This document shows, one piece after another, positions 61,301 to 64,000 of a DNA stretch of 64,000 bases. The notes under the pieces are model-generated. The model did not search any database. It was not told the DNA's origin and was given only the letters and a program-made list of their open reading frames with translations. Positions within the stretch are counted from its first letter, which is position 1, and every line of letters begins with the position of its first letter. The position numbers were made by a program, and so were the translations under genes. The stretch comes from Adineta vaga (lineage: Eukaryota; Animalia; Rotifera): assembly GCA_021613535.1 (NCBI GenBank), contig CP075497.1, positions 372,001-436,000 of the forward strand, written 5' to 3'.

Positions 61301-64000
61301 TCTCACATACTTGACAAGAGGCGGTAAAAGTATTCGAAATATAGTTGTCAATCCGCCAATGAGCCCAAAGATTGTTTCTATTATGTAACGCATGTCAGCT
61401 TGTTTATCGTAAGTGTATGTACAGATCTTTGGATTGCACTGTTTAAAATAGGAGTCGAACGATGTTTGATTATTCCATTCTTCGATCATCAAATTGTTTA
61501 CGATGTCGTGTATCTTTGTCGTCACATTATATCGACTTTGTGTCGAATTATAAATCATAGCCGTCGCATTGAGCGGACCAACTGACGAGGAAGAAATAAA
61601 ACCATAGATTGTGTCTAAACATGGTTGTTGGAAAAGGCATTCCAACGATGATGAAAACATTTCTTCAATAATAGAACATCCAATACGAAAACCAGGCACG
61701 TTATACAAAAGGATACGCTAAAAAGAACAGTGTAAAGTGAGCGTGTTTCTTCATTGAACAAAGTGCGGAAGAAATAATTATCTACTCAGAATTAGTCGGA
61801 TTCACAGCCAGACAGCCGAATTAGTTTTCTTTGATTTGCACATTCATTTCGCGCAAGAATCTTAGGATTATGGACTGATTAGCTTCATTCACTGTTGAAA
61901 CACGAAAACAATTTTTACTTCAAAGCACGTTGAGAGAGACACGTTCTGGATGAAAACTAAACAATGAGTACAAGTGAGATTCTCAGAAAAACAAGCCGCC
62001 TGTCTTGTCAAGAGCCCGATCCGAATTCAGAATGTGTGATTATCTGTGCGAAATTATGTTGAATGAACAAGCAAGCTTATCTTACCCTTCCCTGTACAAA
62101 ATTGTAGATCCCAGATGACTGATCGCATGTGTTAGGAGTAAATTTGCAGGAACAAGTAGTATCAGGATCATTCTGGTCTGGTATATAGAAAGAAGGATGA
62201 AAGATGAAATTGAGTGAATTAGTCACATTTGAAAGTCCATAAAAATAATTTGTTAACCACGCAGAGAACAATGCATTGCTACTCATTGTCTGTTGAAAGA
62301 TGGCTAACTGTAGTAAAAATGAACTTCTAGCTGTTTGTTGAAATAAACTTGTAATTTGTTGTGCTTCCGATTGAAAGAGGGCGCGTGATTGTAAACTTTT
62401 TGTAGCGTATTTTGTTGAATTAAAGTTAAGCAGTTCAGTGTTAATTATTTCTAATGATAGATTGCAAAATACTCCGAGAAGTGGAAAGAATGCCAAACCG
62501 TTAGCACGAAAATCTTTTATGTATACATTAACAGTCGAATTCAGATAATCTATCCATCTTTGAGTTATAAAAATGCTGGAGCAAAGTTGATGAAATATTG
62601 GTCGAAACGACATGAAACTTTTGTAATCATTTAAAATTGATGTACATGGGCAGATGAGTGTTTTTGCGTACGATTGTGTTTCCAATCGACTGTAAACATC
62701 GATTGATGGCTGGTTCACAATTACGGTTTGTGTTGTGTAAGACAATGAAGTAAAGAGAATGAGAAATGAAAGAACCATGATCATTGAAACGAGAAAGATT
62801 CTAGTTGAGAGACGTTGATTGTCGAAATGCCAGACAGTTTCTTGTTCAGGATCTTTAAAGAAATTGAGATTTATAATGAATCTCTTAGCTCTGATGATCG
62901 GATTTGTTCGCTCTTTGTCTAATGGTCGTCTTTCTAAAAAATTAAAGTTGCACACAGTGCTAAAGATCAAAAGTAAAGCTGGAATGCAGAACTGATTTAC
63001 CGGAATCATTGTTAGCAATAGTCGCAATTCTGGAACGCATGGCTTGTGATGTGGTCATTGATTTTCGAAGAAATGTAACCACTGGTAATATTGCCAATAA
63101 GAAAATAGTGACGATCCCTCCAAGAAAGACAGATGTCGTCTTAATGATGTAGATCGTGTCAAATTGCCGGGTGTACGTATAAATACAGGAGCGCGGATTG
63201 CATTCCTTAAAGTATGATTCAAATGACAAAGCAAGGTGCCATTCGTCAACCATCAAATGATCAACTAATTCTTCCACTGTTGGCAGAGAAGGAGAAGAAG
63301 AAGGAATGTTGAGTGCTGTTATGTTGCCCGTAGCCATTGGATACGGTGAGTCATGAAGATAGCTGTATAGCTGGGTTAAACATGAAGCATTGTACAAACA
63401 AGATAAATTCGATTGCAGTACAGCATCTAGAATAAGACAACCGACGTTAATTCCTTCAACTTCGAATTCACGATGCCCTGGTATTAGTTTCCCAGAAGGC
63501 TCCCAATATTCAGGAATGTCGGTCATATTCGACCGGTAAACTTGGTAGATACCAGTTGTTGTTTTGCATCGAGAATTAGACATACAAGAACAGCCACCAT
63601 ATACAGAAGATATTCGAGGACTCAGTAAATTAATAAGTCGTCCAGAACTTTCAAAAGTTACTATTTGCCAGTTTGTTTGTAATCTATTCACAATATTATT
63701 ACCTTGTATTGTCGTTTTCAATGAATTCAGTAATGTTACAAATGTATTTGCTATGGTAATCAAAAACTGATCACTTGATGCATTGATGATTGCATTCCAT
63801 GCTGTTCTTGAAATGACATATTCTGTAACTAAACTGGTTGAATAGAATTTGATCAACTCATCATCGATCGTTGAAGAAACTAATTGACACAGTAGGTTCA
63901 ACATGTTGAAAAATGAATAGGCTGAATGACGAAAATCATAGAACAAATGATACTTTATATCGGGTAATGAACGATAATTGACGTAGTTGAGCCAGTCGTT
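58389..64000 (-). CDS. Large multi-exon protein of at least three tandem 2-TM Cys-rich modules; 5' end outside window
   Basis: ORFs 62960-63946, 62077-63027, 61217-61708, 58895-59791 and 58389-58853 join through phase-compatible GT-AG introns; each module repeats STR-TM1, CPC, LMxExW, YFxxCxPxxCxxTY, GLIGGL. Confidence 0.85.
60472..60494 (-). repeat. Half linker S22 within an intron
   Basis: CCACATCCTCAAGATGGTT. Confidence 0.6.

Noticed and set aside
1-64000. An enzyme responsible for the linkers (RT, recombinase, HUH nuclease) encoded in the window
   Set aside because: None recognised; only a MULE transposase remnant is present, so any machinery would act in trans.

Overview
AT-rich eukaryotic DNA with short GT-AG introns. 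The gene families (LDLa/EGF-GPCRs, ADP-ribosyltransferase-TPR, NHL/LamG, pentapeptide-PLAT, TIR-NACHT-HEAT, 2-TM Cys-rich orphans, bacterial-type genes) and TGTGGG/TGAGGG repeats point to a bdelloid rotifer, probably an accessory or subtelomere-like region (inference). The main unexplained structure is about 20 short (40-200 bp) palindromic linkers: [CCATCT]TGAGGG(TGTGGG)n - 15-35 bp spacer - (CCCACA)nCCCTCA[AGATGG]. These are head-to-head telomere-like repeats around a small set of reused spacer sequences. They occur about every 3 kb, show no target-site duplications where checked, often bracket a single gene, sit exactly where four genes break off, and twice coincide with base-composition shifts. 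The window therefore reads as a mosaic of gene-sized modules joined by templated telomeric linkers. The cargo is rich in defence-like, unusual-fusion and HGT-like genes: TyrRS-like/beta-propeller, B-box/Hint, TIR-NACHT-HEAT-CaaX, an 8-Cys prepropeptide and a transglutaminase-like protein. Several MITEs with clear TIR/TSD are also present. All calls are by eye; no searches were run.
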